Assembly (NCBI GenBank): GCA_034670305.1
Contig: JAXMNT010000001.1
Coordinates: 306,970 to 370,969, forward strand
Source: Deltaproteobacteria bacterium
GTDB lineage: Bacteria > Myxococcota_A > Polyangia > Polyangiales > Houyiibacteriaceae
Direction of reading: 5' to 3'
DNA: 64,000 nucleotides
The translations under genes and the position numbers were made by a program. Below the pieces are notes generated by a model. That model saw nothing but the letters and a program-made list of their open reading frames with translations. It was not told the DNA's origin and made no database searches. Positions 1 to 10,307 of the stretch are shown in pieces; the first letter of the stretch is position 1, and the number at the start of each line of letters is the position of its first letter.

Positions 1-15
1 GCTTCGGGCTCCTCG

Positions 16-48
16 GGGCACGGGCACGGGCACCGGCAAGGGCAAGGG
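16..48. repeat. Hexamer tandem array (GGGCAC)x3/(GGCAAG)x2, member of the dispersed GCCNNW repeat family
   Basis: Directly visible; same units as the arrays at 1225-1420, 12596-12630 and 63900-63935. Confidence 0.8.
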
Positions 49-99
49 GCCTTGCGGCCAGCCTTTGACGCCTGTGCACCCGTACTCCATATCCTCTCG

Positions 100-1203
100 A
101 TGGCCCTCTCTCTCGAAGAAGCGACCACCCTGATCGGCGAGGTCGTCGACCCCACGTTCGAGCGCACGCTCGCCGCCCTCGGCACGTTGTCCGACGTCGC
201 GATCGACGGCGCGCGCGTGAACTGCACCGTCCAGCTCAGCTCGCCCTCGGAACCGATCCGCGTGAAGGTGAAGGCCGCGATCGAAGCCAAGCTCGCGCCG
301 CACGGAGTGGACTTCGTCGAGGTGGAATGGAGAGTGCGCGTGCCGACGCGCGAGGCCGTGAGCGGCGATCCCATCCCGGACGTGCGCAACGTCATCCTGG
401 TGATGAGTGGCAAGGGCGGCGTCGGCAAGAGCACGGTCGCGACCAACCTCGCGCTCGCGCTGCGGCGCGCGGGCACGCGGGTCGGATTGCTCGACGCGGA
501 TCTCTACGGGCCGTCCCTGCCGACCATGCTCGGCATCCAGGGCCAGCCGAGCAGCCCCGACGGCAAACGCATCACGCCGCTGCAACGGTTCGGCCTGAAG
601 CTGATGAGCATCGGGTTTCTGCTCGAGGATCCGAAGCAGGCCGTCATCTGGCGCGGCCCGATGCTGCACGGTGCACTGCAGCAGTTCATCTCGGACGTGG
701 ACTGGGGCGAACTCGACTACCTCGTGATCGATCTCCCGCCGGGCACCGGCGACGTGGCGCTCACACTTGCGCAGAAGATGCGCGTGACCGGCGTCGTGAT
801 GGTCACCACCCCCCAAGAGGTCGCACTGGCCGACGTCTACAAGGGCGTCTCGATGTGCAAGAAGCTCAACCTACCGATCGTCGGTGTGGTGGAGAACATG
901 AGCTGGTTCGTGGACAGCGCCGGCGTGAAGCACGAGATCTTCGGCGCCGGCGGCGGCGCCAAGATCGCCGAGGCCTGCGACGCGCCTTTGCTCGGCCAAA
1001 TCCCCATGCACACCGATGTGCGCGAATGGGGCGACAAAGGCACGCCCATCGTCCAGGCCGACCCGGGCGGCACCGCCGGCCTCGCCTTCGCGGCCATCGC
1101 GGAAGCCTTGGCGGACCGCATCGCCGCCCTTCACTTCGCCGCCACCGAGAGCGAAAAGGCCCCGCGCGCAGACGGCCGCAAGCGACTGAAGATCCTGCGC
1201 TAG
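100..1203 (+). CDS. mrp: Mrp/NBP35 (ApbC) Fe-S cluster carrier ATPase with N-terminal DUF59-like domain
   Basis: SGKGGVGKST deviant Walker A, LLDADLYGPS, WRGPM, DLPPGTGD, VVENMS; ATG at 100. Confidence 0.93.
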   Translation: MALSLEEATTLIGEVVDPTFERTLAALGTLSDVAIDGARVNCTVQLSSPSEPIRVKVKAAIEAKLAPHGVDFVEVEWRVRVPTREAVSGDPIPDVRNVILVMSGKGGVGKSTVATNLALALRRAGTRVGLLDADLYGPSLPTMLGIQGQPSSPDGKRITPLQRFGLKLMSIGFLLEDPKQAVIWRGPMLHGALQQFISDVDWGELDYLVIDLPPGTGDVALTLAQKMRVTGVVMVTTPQEVALADVYKGVSMCKKLNLPIVGVVENMSWFVDSAGVKHEIFGAGGGAKIAEACDAPLLGQIPMHTDVREWGDKGTPIVQADPGGTAGLAFAAIAEALADRIAALHFAATESEKAPRADGRKRLKILR

Positions 1204-1420
1204 CAGACGGCCGAAGGCCGGCCTGCTCCCTTGCCCCTGCCCTTGCCCCTGCCCTTGCCCTTGGTTCGCTGGGGGGCATCGGCGTCGGCGTCGGCGTCGG
1301 CTTCGGCGTCGGCGTTGGCGTCGGCTCCGGCGTTGGCGTCGGCTTCGGCTCCGGCTTCGGCTTCGGCGTCGGATTCGTGTGATCGGGCACGGGCACGGGC
1401 ACGGGCACGGGCCCTTCGGC
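1200..1420. repeat. Composite intergenic repeat: CTAG + hairpin-like end + (CCCTTG/CCCCTG)n + (GGCGTC/GGCTTC)n + (GGGCAC)x4
   Basis: Directly visible between convergent genes; begins at the mrp TAG stop. Confidence 0.9.
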
Positions 1421-1450
1421 TTCAGCGCCGCCGCTTCGCTGCGTGCCGCC

Positions 1451-2314
1451 CTACTGCATCATCTCGCGCGCCAGCTCTGTCGCGGGGCCCAGCGGGCGGA
1501 CGGCGCGGATGAGGGCTTCGTCGCCGGCGAGGGCGCGCACGTCGAGGAGCGCTTTCTTGGCGTCTTCGTCCTTGCCCTGACTCGCGAAGGCGTGGGCCCG
1601 GACCACGCCGTAGCTGGCGGCGATGGCGGCGTCTTCCGGATCGTCGAACGCGTCGGCGCGGGAGAGGGCTTCTTCGACGTTCCCTTGGATCGCGAAGAGC
1701 AGCGCTTCGGTGGCGTTGAGCCAGCGCTCGACTTCGGCGTCGGCGGGGCGCTTGATCTGTGCGAGTGCGTCCTGCGCCCCTTCGAGGTCGCCGTGTTCGA
1801 GCCGGAGCGTCGCGAGCGCTTGCAGCACCCGCTCCCGCAGAGGCGAGACGAGGGCGTCGATCTCGATGCGCTCCACGTGATCGGCAGCCGCCCGCCACTC
1901 GCCGATCCCAGTGAGGGGGACGCTCGCGAAGAGCGCGACCTGCGCGTAGCCGGCCGGGGTGAGCCGGTCGGTCATCACCTTCAGCCGCGCGTCGAGCACA
2001 CGCATGGCTTCTTCCTGGTTGTCCGGTTGGGTCAGCCGGTAGCAGAGCAGGGCGGTGCCCCGGAGGTAGCGCGATCGCCGCGCTGCGCTGAACGCCAACA
2101 GACCTCCGATCCCCGCGCCGATCGCCGCCGCGATGTGGGGTTCGAACGCGAGCATGCAGAGGGCACCGGCGACGAGCGTGGTCAGTGCGGCGCCGATGAT
2201 CGCGCGCAGGACCATGGCCCACGAAAACATCGTGAGGGGCACCCCCCACGCCGCGCTGCGGGAGACGGGCGCAAGAAGGCCGATCGCGACGGCGGCCAAC
2301 GAGACGATCCACAT
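1451..2314 (-). CDS. Hypothetical membrane protein with C-terminal TPR-like helical region
   Basis: N-terminal hydrophobic helices, then helical repeats (LEHGDLEGAQDAL, IQGNVEEAL, SQGKDEDAKKAL); start uncertain (2314 or 2350). Confidence 0.7.
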   Translation of the reverse strand: MWIVSLAAVAIGLLAPVSRSAAWGVPLTMFSWAMVLRAIIGAALTTLVAGALCMLAFEPHIAAAIGAGIGGLLAFSAARRSRYLRGTALLCYRLTQPDNQEEAMRVLDARLKVMTDRLTPAGYAQVALFASVPLTGIGEWRAAADHVERIEIDALVSPLRERVLQALATLRLEHGDLEGAQDALAQIKRPADAEVERWLNATEALLFAIQGNVEEALSRADAFDDPEDAAIAASYGVVRAHAFASQGKDEDAKKALLDVRALAGDEALIRAVRPLGPATELAREMMQ

Positions 2315-2324
2315 GGACGGCGGT

Positions 2325-2873
2325 CTAGTCTGCGTCGGCGGCGGCCGCACGCGCCTCGCGGCGCTGGCGCACGGCGGCGGCCGTCGTGTCGAGCGCGGAG
2401 ATCGCTTCGAGCGCCCGCTGCATGCCGGCTGAGACTTCGGCCGGGAGCACGGTCGGGTGGGTCTGACTGAACGTCACGAGCGCCGCGACCGCCTCGCGTG
2501 CCTCGCGCCCGTTCGAGTCGATCAGCAGCACCCGTGCGGTGTTGAGCAGACCACGGCCTTCGTGCAGCGGGTCGCCGGCCTGCCGCGCGAGTCGGGCGCA
2601 GGTGCGAAACGACTCGAGCGCCGGCCCGTTCTGCTCCTGACGCAACAGCGCGGTGCCCAGATGGCAGTGGGCCGCTGCGCTGCCCGGGTTCGCCGCTGCG
2701 GCGGTTCGCAACGCCGAGATGGCTCCGTCCACGTCGCCGGCATGAAGCTGCTCCACCGCGGCGCGCACTTGCGTGACGTACTCGGAGGCGCCGGGCGCGG
2801 GTGCTTCGGTTTCGTCGTCCGCGAAGGCGACGGAGGTCAGACAGACGAGAAGACCCACGAGAGAGGCACGCAT
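2325..2873 (-). CDS. Secreted TPR-repeat protein
   Basis: Signal peptide [21 protein letters not shown]-like [24 protein letters not shown]; upstream part of the listed ORF is repeat-derived. Confidence 0.75.
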   Translation of the reverse strand: MRASLVGLLVCLTSVAFADDETEAPAPGASEYVTQVRAAVEQLHAGDVDGAISALRTAAAANPGSAAAHCHLGTALLRQEQNGPALESFRTCARLARQAGDPLHEGRGLLNTARVLLIDSNGREAREAVAALVTFSQTHPTVLPAEVSAGMQRALEAISALDTTAAAVRQRREARAAAADAD

Positions 2874-2889
2874 GGGCTCAGCGTACCAG

Positions 2890-3195
2890 GAAGCCGATGC
2901 CAGAGCCGAACCAAAGGCCTCTTGCCCTTGCCCCTGCCCGTGCCCTTGCCTTTGCCCGTGCCCGTGCCCGTGCCCGTGCCCGTGCCCTTGCCCTCCCTTG
3001 CCCTTCTTGGACCCCGAAGCCGATTCCGATTCCGAAGCCGAAGCCGAAGCCGAAGCCGATGCCGAAGCCGAAGCCGAAGCCGATGCCGATGCCGACGCCG
3101 ATGCCGAAGCCGCTGCCGAAGTCGAAGCCGAAGCCGAAGCCGATGCCGAAGCCGATGCCGATGCCGACACCGACGCCGAAGCCGACGCCGAGCCC
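2890..3195. repeat. Composite hexamer array (CTTGCC/CGTGCC)n followed by (GAAGCC/GATGCC)n
   Basis: Directly visible in the divergent intergenic region upstream of nadB. Confidence 0.9.
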
Positions 3196-3246
3196 GCGCC
3201 GAAAAGGCGTGGGACCGGATGGCAGGGGCGGGGTAGATTGCGGGGC

Positions 3247-4863
3247 ATGCGTGTTGAATGCGATCTCCTCGTCATCGGATCCGGTGTGGCCGGGCTCACG
3301 TTTGCGCTCGAAGCGAGCAAACACGCGAAGGTCACGATCCTCACCAAACGGTCGCGCTTCGAGTCCAACACGAACTACGCGCAGGGCGGGATCGCAGCGG
3401 TGCTGGACCCGGAGGACTCGATCGACGCCCATGTGGCGGACACGCTGGCGACCGGCGGCGGGCTCTCGGATCCGGAGGTCGTGAACATCGTCGTCGGGGA
3501 CGGTCCGCTCCGGGTGAAGGAGCTCATCGAGCTCGGCGCGAAGTTCAGCCGGCGGGAGAGCGACGGCGAACTCGATCTCACCCGAGAGGGAGGCCACAGC
3601 GCCCGCCGCGTGATCCACGCGGGCGACATCACGGGCCGAGAGGTACAGCGCGCGCTGCTCGATGCGGTCGCGCAGAACGACCAGATCGAGATCCTCGAAG
3701 ATCACATGGCGATCGATCTCATCGAGCAGAGCCGCTTCGGTGGGCCGTCACGCCGCGTGGTGGGGGCCTACGCGCTGCACGAACCGACCGGCGACGTGCA
3801 CACGTACATTGCGAAGGCGACCATCTTGGCGGCGGGCGGTGCGGGCAAGGTCTACCTCTACACCTCCAACCCAGACGTCGCGACCGGCGACGGGGTGGCG
3901 ATGGCGTACCGGGCCGGCGCGCAGATCGGGAACATGGAGTTCTTCCAGTTCCACCCGACGAGCCTCTACCACCCCGAAGCGAAGAGTTTCCTCATCAGCG
4001 AAGCGCTCCGAGGAGAGGGTGGCGTGCTCCGGCTCGGCGACGGCACCGCCTTCATGGAGAAGCACCACGAGATGAAAGATCTCGCGCCGCGCGATGTCGT
4101 GGCCCGCGCGATCGACTGGGAGATGAAGCGCTCCGGTGAGGATCACGTGTTCCTCGACATGACGCACCTCGAAGACAGCTACGTCGCGGAGCGTTTCCCG
4201 AACATTCACGGGATGTGTCTGCGCTACGGCGTCGACATGACCAAGAAGCCGATCCCCGTGGTGCCGGCGGCGCACTACATGTGCGGCGGCGTGGTGATCG
4301 ACCACGAAGGCCGAACGAGTCTGCCGGGCTTGTGGGCGATCGGCGAGGTGACTTGCTCGGGGCTGCATGGCGCGAACCGACTCGCCAGCAACTCATTGCT
4401 GGAAGGGCTCGTCTACGGGCACCGCGTGGCGCAGACGCTGGCGGCGTGCAACCTGCCCGCGGGTCCCGTCGGCGAGGTGCCGGACTGGGATGTCGGCAGC
4501 GCAGTCCGCAGCGACGAGGCGGTCATCGTCACCCAGAACTGGGACGAGATCCGGCGCTTCATGTGGAACTACGTCGGCATCGTCCGCACGGACAAACGGC
4601 TCAAGCGCGCCGCGCGCCGCATCGCGATGCTCCAAGACGAGATCCGCGAGTACTACTGGGCCCACCTGGTCAACCGCGACATGCTCGAGTTGCGCAACAT
4701 CGCGGACGTCGCCGAACTCATCATCCTCTGCGCGATCGCGCGCAAAGAGAGCCGCGGCCTGCACTACACGCTCGATCACAAAGACGTGGACGACGAGAAC
4801 TTCGGCGACGACACCCTGATCGAACGCGGGCTGCCCGCGTACATCCGCCAGCGCGGCGACTGA
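3247..4863 (+). CDS. nadB: L-aspartate oxidase
   Basis: IGSGVAG FAD motif, [57 protein letters not shown]. Confidence 0.96.
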   Translation: MRVECDLLVIGSGVAGLTFALEASKHAKVTILTKRSRFESNTNYAQGGIAAVLDPEDSIDAHVADTLATGGGLSDPEVVNIVVGDGPLRVKELIELGAKFSRRESDGELDLTREGGHSARRVIHAGDITGREVQRALLDAVAQNDQIEILEDHMAIDLIEQSRFGGPSRRVVGAYALHEPTGDVHTYIAKATILAAGGAGKVYLYTSNPDVATGDGVAMAYRAGAQIGNMEFFQFHPTSLYHPEAKSFLISEALRGEGGVLRLGDGTAFMEKHHEMKDLAPRDVVARAIDWEMKRSGEDHVFLDMTHLEDSYVAERFPNIHGMCLRYGVDMTKKPIPVVPAAHYMCGGVVIDHEGRTSLPGLWAIGEVTCSGLHGANRLASNSLLEGLVYGHRVAQTLAACNLPAGPVGEVPDWDVGSAVRSDEAVIVTQNWDEIRRFMWNYVGIVRTDKRLKRAARRIAMLQDEIREYYWAHLVNRDMLELRNIADVAELIILCAIARKESRGLHYTLDHKDVDDENFGDDTLIERGLPAYIRQRGD

Positions 4864-4964
4864 GCGCCGGCCAGCGGCGTCGACTGCGGGCGCCGCGTCT
4901 AAGAAGGCGGGGCTCGTTTGCTGGATAGGGCGGCCGAACTCCGGCTTATGCGAAGCGCACTGAC

Positions 4965-5402
4965 CTACTCCTCGCGCCCGACCGACTTCAGGTACACCGC
5001 GTAGTCGGTGTCGCGCTCGACCGCGACGATCTCGACCACGCGCGCTCCCTGCTCGAGCCGAACGCCGCGCACGAGCTGGCGGTCGGGCGGGCTCCACCAG
5101 GCCAGCGGCTCTTCGGGCAACATCGGGTGGGTGTCGTAACCGCGCTCAAGCGCGCCGTCGGTCGTTCCGCACGACTCGAGCATGCCGGGCAGCTGCTCTT
5201 TCGGGATGACCGTCTTGGCGTGTACGACGAACTGTTCGGCGTCGCCACCGATGTGGTCGTGGACGCGCACAGCACCGGACGGAACGTGGCACCCGGTGAA
5301 CGCGAAGATGCGTGCGCGTGGGCCTCCGCTCGAGTCTTCACCGCCGCACGCACCAAAGAGCAGGGCACACGCGAGCAGGGCCCGCCGCACTCCCATGCTC
5401 AC
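4965..5402 (-). CDS. Hypothetical lipoprotein
   Basis: Lipobox-like LLFGAC after basic N-terminus; overlaps the ACP stop (GTGA). Confidence 0.65.
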   Translation of the reverse strand: MSMGVRRALLACALLFGACGGEDSSGGPRARIFAFTGCHVPSGAVRVHDHIGGDAEQFVVHAKTVIPKEQLPGMLESCGTTDGALERGYDTHPMLPEEPLAWWSPPDRQLVRGVRLEQGARVVEIVAVERDTDYAVYLKSVGREE

Positions 5403-5641
5403 TCGGCCGCTTGGGGCAGGCGCGCTTTCACCTTCTCGTAGACCGCGTTCAGGTTGGTCAGCTCCTGAAGTTCTTCCTCGGGGATCGACAACTTGAACGT
5501 GCGCTCGACGTCCGCGACGATCTCGATCGCCATCATGCTGTCGATGCCGAGGTCGGCGAATGGCGTCGCGTCGGGCACTTCGTCGATCTCCGCGACCTCC
5601 GCGATGATCTCCCGGAGCTGCTGTTTCAGTTCGTCAGACAT
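5399..5641 (-). CDS. Acyl carrier protein
   Basis: 80 aa, acidic, DLGIDSMMAIEI phosphopantetheine site. Confidence 0.93.
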   Translation of the reverse strand: MSDELKQQLREIIAEVAEIDEVPDATPFADLGIDSMMAIEIVADVERTFKLSIPEEELQELTNLNAVYEKVKARLPQAAE

Positions 5642-5701
5642 TCGTTCCCATCCTCATTGGTTCCACGGCTCGTACGCCGGGGTTTCGATCGTGCGGACGC
5701 A

Positions 5702-7426
5702 TCACCCTGCGTCCAGTGTGGGGTCGGGGGCGTGCTCGGCGAGCGCGCCCGCTTCGAAGAGTTGTTTGGTCTTGCGCCGCTGGGCTTTGCCGCTGCTCGT
5801 CTTCGGCAGGGTACCCACGGGGCAGATCGCGACATGGGCGGGAGAGAGACCGAAGTCCTGTTGCACCTTGCGGGCGATCTCGACCCGCAAGCGCTCGGCG
5901 TCGCCGCTCACCGCCTCGGCCGCCATGACCAGCTGCTCGGTTCCGTCCTTCATCACACTGAACGCGAACACGTTGCCTCGGCGCACGCCCTCGATGTCGG
6001 CCACGGACCATTCCAGGTCCTGAGGATAGTGGTTCGCGCCTCGAATGATGATGAGGTCTTTCACGCGTCCACAGATGAAGAGCTGCGGGCTCGGCGGCGC
6101 GTTGGGATCGCCGGCGTCGCTGGCGAAGTAGCCAAGGTCTCCGGTTTGAAGCCATCCCTCGCGCAGCGCCTCGGCCGTGGCATCGGCGGCTTCGAAGTAG
6201 CCCGGCGTGACACTGGGTCCGCGTGCGACGACCTGCCCGACCCGGCGCTCCGGCAACGGCTTGCCCTCGGGGTCCACGACCTGCACGTCGTGGTCGGGGA
6301 ACCCGCGGCCGCAGCCCATCACCTCGAGCGCGTCGTCCGCGTCGCTCGGACGCGCGACGCCATCTTGCATCGCTTTCGGATCCACCCGGTCGACCACCAT
6401 CTCGGTGCCGTGCGGATGAAACGTGATCGCGAGCGTGGACTCCGCCATGCCGTAGCTCGGCAAGAACGCGTTCGAACGGAACCCAACCGGCGCGAACTTG
6501 GTCGCGAACTCTTGCAGTGTGCGGGCGCGGATCGGTTCGGCGCCCGAACCGGCGACCCGGAGCGTGCTCAGATCCAGCGACGCGAGCTGCCGCTCTTTCA
6601 CCCGCTTCGTCACGAGCTGGTACGCGAAGTTCGGTGCGTAGGTGATCGTGCCGCGGTGTTTGGTGATGGTCTCGAGCCAGAGCCCCGGGCTGCGCGCGAA
6701 GGTCTCGGTGGGCAGCACCACCACCGGGATGTCCATCACCAGCGTGCCGAGCACGAAGCCGATGAGGCCCATGTCGTGAAAGAGCGGCAACCAGGAGACG
6801 CCCTTGTCGTCGTCGTTTCGGTCCAGTCCGTGCGGCCCGAGGAACGCCGAGGCATTGGCGACCAGGTTGCCGTGCGTGACCATCACGCCTTTGGGTTTGG
6901 ACGTGCTCCCGCTCGTGAACTGAAGAAAGCAGAGGTCGTCGGGCGTCAGCGCCGGGGCGGTGAACGAAGGCGCGGTGTCGTCGAAGACGGAGACGTCGCA
7001 GATCCGCGCGGTCGATCCGCGTTCGGCGATCCGCGCGACGACCTCGCGGTTGCTCGCCATGCAGAAGACGACCTTGGCCCCGCTCGTGCCGACGATGTGC
7101 GCGAGTGTGTCGACGTAGCCGTCCACGTTCTTGAAACTGGCGCGGGGGTAGATCGGGACCGGGACGACCCCCGCCACCGCGGCGCCGAGGAACGTGAGCA
7201 CGAATTCGTGCGGCTCCGGAATCACGAGCGCGACCCGGTCGCCCTTCGAGAGACCGAGCCCCTGGAGGAAGGCCGCGCGCCGGTGGGCTTCGCGTTCGAG
7301 ATCCCCGTACGCGAAGTACTGCTCTTCGCGTTTCGTGCTGACGAAGGTGAACCCGCGGCCTTCGCCCTGGCGAAGCGACCCCATCGCGGAAACCAAGGTT
7401 GCCTTCGGGTGGGTGCGCAACTCCAT
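5702..7426 (-). CDS. Fatty acyl-AMP ligase (FAAL)
   Basis: FLQFTSGSTSKPKGV, SWLPLFHDMGLIG, YGMAESTL, TGDLG, GRVKDLII, LPKTSSGK; directly upstream of ACP. Confidence 0.92.
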   Translation of the reverse strand: MELRTHPKATLVSAMGSLRQGEGRGFTFVSTKREEQYFAYGDLEREAHRRAAFLQGLGLSKGDRVALVIPEPHEFVLTFLGAAVAGVVPVPIYPRASFKNVDGYVDTLAHIVGTSGAKVVFCMASNREVVARIAERGSTARICDVSVFDDTAPSFTAPALTPDDLCFLQFTSGSTSKPKGVMVTHGNLVANASAFLGPHGLDRNDDDKGVSWLPLFHDMGLIGFVLGTLVMDIPVVVLPTETFARSPGLWLETITKHRGTITYAPNFAYQLVTKRVKERQLASLDLSTLRVAGSGAEPIRARTLQEFATKFAPVGFRSNAFLPSYGMAESTLAITFHPHGTEMVVDRVDPKAMQDGVARPSDADDALEVMGCGRGFPDHDVQVVDPEGKPLPERRVGQVVARGPSVTPGYFEAADATAEALREGWLQTGDLGYFASDAGDPNAPPSPQLFICGRVKDLIIIRGANHYPQDLEWSVADIEGVRRGNVFAFSVMKDGTEQLVMAAEAVSGDAERLRVEIARKVQQDFGLSPAHVAICPVGTLPKTSSGKAQRRKTKQLFEAGALAEHAPDPTLDAG

Positions 7427-7656
7427 CTGGGCCGAAGTACGGCAGCGTCTGGATCGGGTCAAGCAAGTCCTGAGGCGGTCGCCCCGCGTCGGAATCCTGG
7501 TGGACAGCTGTTCGCCGATCGACCTGCGCGCCTTGCTTCGCGTGCGCCTGGGCGCTTCGCAAAACCGGCCGCCTGGCCGAGCCATTTCACGCACACCCGT
7601 CGCCCAACGGTCACATGTGGCAAGGCACGAATGGGGCGTCTGCCGCGTTTTTTGGC

Positions 7657-7672
7657 TGGCTCGGCGATTGCT
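7657..7672 (+). promoter_or_regulatory. Putative sigma54 -24/-12 promoter of the KS-CLF-AOS operon
   Basis: TGGCTCG-GCGA-TTGCT versus consensus TGGCACG-N4-TTGCW (1 mismatch). Confidence 0.6.
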
Positions 7673-7811
7673 CTAGGTGCGGCGTGTTCGGAGGCTTCGC
7701 CTTCGTCTGCCAGGCCGCGGATCCCGAGTCGAAAAGCTGGCCGCGTGGCCTATTTTTGAATGATGTCGCTTAGTTGCGTGGGCCCGGCCGGAATTCTATA
7801 GGGAGACCGCA

Positions 7812-9110
7812 GTGAGTACGGAACAACAGAAAGGCGCGCAGCGCGTCTTCGTCACCGGCGTCGGTGTGGTCAGTCCCATCGGATTCGGTCGGGTCGAGTT
7901 CGGACGCGGTCTCGTCGCAGGCAAGAGCGGCGTCGCGCCGATCCAGCTCTTCGACACCCATGGTCTCGACCGAGACCTCGCGTGTGAGGTGAAGGACTTC
8001 CGCCCGCGCGATTTTCTGACCGCCGCTGAAGCTCGGCGCACCGGTCGCTGTTCGGCGATGGCCGTGGCCGCGGCCCGCATGGCGGTCGAAGACGCGGCCA
8101 TCTCCGCGGCGGATCTCGGGGGACCTCGGACCTCGGTGATCCTCGGCACCACGATGGGCGAAGCCAACGTGCTCGGCGAACTCGAGGCCGCTTGGATCCA
8201 CGACGGCGAAGCGTCGGTGGAACAGAGCGCGCTGCCCCGCTACGGCACGACCCTCCTCCCCATCCACGTGGCGCGCGCGTTCGGTGCGCGCGGCATGGTG
8301 CAGACCCTCCCGGCGGCCTGCGCGGCGGGCAACTACGCGATCGGGTACGCGACCGACCAGATCCGCGCCGGGCGAGCCGACGTGGTCCTCACCGGCGCGA
8401 GCGAAGTGATCGAGAAGCTCCAGTTCGCTGGCTTCTGCCGGCTCGGTGCGATCGCACCCGAGCTGTGTCGTCCCTTCGATCAGGGCCGGCAAGGGCTCAT
8501 GTGCGGCGAAGGCGCCGCGATCCTCGTGCTGGAGAGCGAAGCCTCCGTGGTCCGCCGCGGCGCGACGGTGCTCGCGGAGATCGGTGGCTACGGGCTCGCC
8601 TGCGACGCGCACCACATCACGCGGCCGCACCCCGAAGGGTCGGGCAGCGCGCACGCGATGCGACGGGCGATCGCCACGAGCGGTTTGCGTCCAGACGACA
8701 TCGACTACGTGAACGCGCACGGGACCGGCACGTCCGCCAACGACAAGGTCGAAGCGAAGGTTCTGCGCGACGTGTTCGAGAACCGCCAACCCGCTGTGAC
8801 CAGCGTCAAGAGCATGATCGGTCACTGCATGGGCGCCGCGAGCGCGATCGAAGCGGTGAGCTGTGTGCTCACGCTGCAAGACGGAGTGATCCCTCCGACG
8901 ATGAACTACGTGACGCCCGACCCGGAATGCGAGGTCGACCTGGTCGCGAACCGTCCGCGTTCGGCCAAGGTGCGGATCGCGCTCAACAACGCGCTCGCGT
9001 TTGGCGGCTACGACGCGGTCGTGGCGTTCGCGCAGCCGGGCGTGTTGCCGCCCATCCCGGATCCCAGCCAGATCGACCCCGGTTTCGTTTCCGCACCCGC
9101 GGCGCTTTGA
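7812..9110 (+). CDS. Beta-ketoacyl-ACP synthase (FabF-like / KS-alpha)
   Basis: VFVTGVGVVSPIG, AACAAG catalytic Cys, NAHGTGT, KSMIGHCMGA. Confidence 0.92.
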   Translation: MSTEQQKGAQRVFVTGVGVVSPIGFGRVEFGRGLVAGKSGVAPIQLFDTHGLDRDLACEVKDFRPRDFLTAAEARRTGRCSAMAVAAARMAVEDAAISAADLGGPRTSVILGTTMGEANVLGELEAAWIHDGEASVEQSALPRYGTTLLPIHVARAFGARGMVQTLPAACAAGNYAIGYATDQIRAGRADVVLTGASEVIEKLQFAGFCRLGAIAPELCRPFDQGRQGLMCGEGAAILVLESEASVVRRGATVLAEIGGYGLACDAHHITRPHPEGSGSAHAMRRAIATSGLRPDDIDYVNAHGTGTSANDKVEAKVLRDVFENRQPAVTSVKSMIGHCMGAASAIEAVSCVLTLQDGVIPPTMNYVTPDPECEVDLVANRPRSAKVRIALNNALAFGGYDAVVAFAQPGVLPPIPDPSQIDPGFVSAPAAL

Positions 9111-10267
9111 TGCGTCTCGCGATCACTGGTCTCGGGGTGGTGAGCCCCTTCGGAGTGACGCGTTCGGCGTGGCAAGACGCGTTGAGCGGCTCGGACGATG
9201 CCGCGCGCGCGAACGCCTTCCGAGCGTCCGAAGTCGTCGAGGGCGCGCGGACCGCGGAGGTGTGGGGCTTCGATCCGAACGAAGTCCTCGGTCCGAAGGG
9301 CCACCGGAGTTTCGATCGGCTCACCAAGTACTTGATCGCCGCCGCGAAACACGCGCTCGAAGACGCCGGCCTCAAACACGACGGGGCCTTCGTCGGCCCG
9401 CTCACCTCGGAGCAGCTCGGCATCTGCAGCGCGACCGCGTACGGATCGCTCGACGCGATCACCGAACTCAACCGCGTCGCGGAGCTCGAAGCGCCGCGGT
9501 ACATCAACCCCGCGCGCTTCCCGAACACCGTCATCAACGCGGCCGCGGGCTACGTGAGCATCTGGGAGGATCTGCGCGCGCCCAACACCACCATCGTCGA
9601 TGGCAACTGCGGTGCGCTCGATGCGGTGTTGACCGCGGCGACCCACTTGCACCACCGGCGCGGCGACGGATTCTTGGTCGGCGGCGGAGAGGTCATCAGC
9701 GAACCCCTCTATCGAGCGCTCGCCAAACTCGGCGTGCTCTCGATGGACGGCAAGCCCGGCGTCGAGATGGGCGAGGGCGCGAGCTACGTCGTCGTCGAAC
9801 GACCGGACCAAGCCGCGGCGCGCGGCGCCCGAGTGCTCGGTGAGTTCGTCGGGTACGGGACCGCGTTCGAACCGCCCGAGTCCGAAGCGCTGCTCGTGCA
9901 CGCCTCGCAGGAATCCACCGAGCGCGCGGTTGGCCAAGCGCTCGCAGAAGCGGGCGTGGACGCGTCGGACGTCGACGTGGTGGTCGCGGCGCGCTGTGGG
10001 CTGGCGGAGATGGACCGCGCCGAAGACCAAGGCCTCAAGGCCGCGCTCGGCGAAGACGTCGCGGTGGTGGGCCTCAAGCGCGTGCATGGCGAGACGTTTG
10101 GCGCCGCGGGCGCGTTTGGGATCGCGGCGGCGCTCGCTTGGATGAACGGCGTTCCCGTCGGATCCTTGGTTCGTGGACGCGCGCCCCAAGAGGTGCGCCA
10201 CGTGGTCATCTCGACCGTGGGTTTTTACGGCAACTGCAGTGCCGTCGTCTTGCGACGCGGGGGCTGA
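9110..10267 (+). CDS. Ketosynthase-like chain-length factor (probably non-catalytic)
   Basis: KS fold (ITGLGVVSPFG, FPNTVIN, GEGA); catalytic positions degenerate (DGNCG, AARCG, KRVHGETFGA); TGATG coupling to KS. Confidence 0.82.
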   Translation: MRLAITGLGVVSPFGVTRSAWQDALSGSDDAARANAFRASEVVEGARTAEVWGFDPNEVLGPKGHRSFDRLTKYLIAAAKHALEDAGLKHDGAFVGPLTSEQLGICSATAYGSLDAITELNRVAELEAPRYINPARFPNTVINAAAGYVSIWEDLRAPNTTIVDGNCGALDAVLTAATHLHHRRGDGFLVGGGEVISEPLYRALAKLGVLSMDGKPGVEMGEGASYVVVERPDQAAARGARVLGEFVGYGTAFEPPESEALLVHASQESTERAVGQALAEAGVDASDVDVVVAARCGLAEMDRAEDQGLKAALGEDVAVVGLKRVHGETFGAAGAFGIAAALAWMNGVPVGSLVRGRAPQEVRHVVISTVGFYGNCSAVVLRRGG

Positions 10268-10307
10268 TCGACTTGCGATTGTTTCCGCAATCGGACAGAG
10301 GCGCGCG

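Noticed and set aside
2890-3195. Arrays as CRISPR loci
   Set aside because: Period is 6 bp with no unique spacers, and there are no cas genes.
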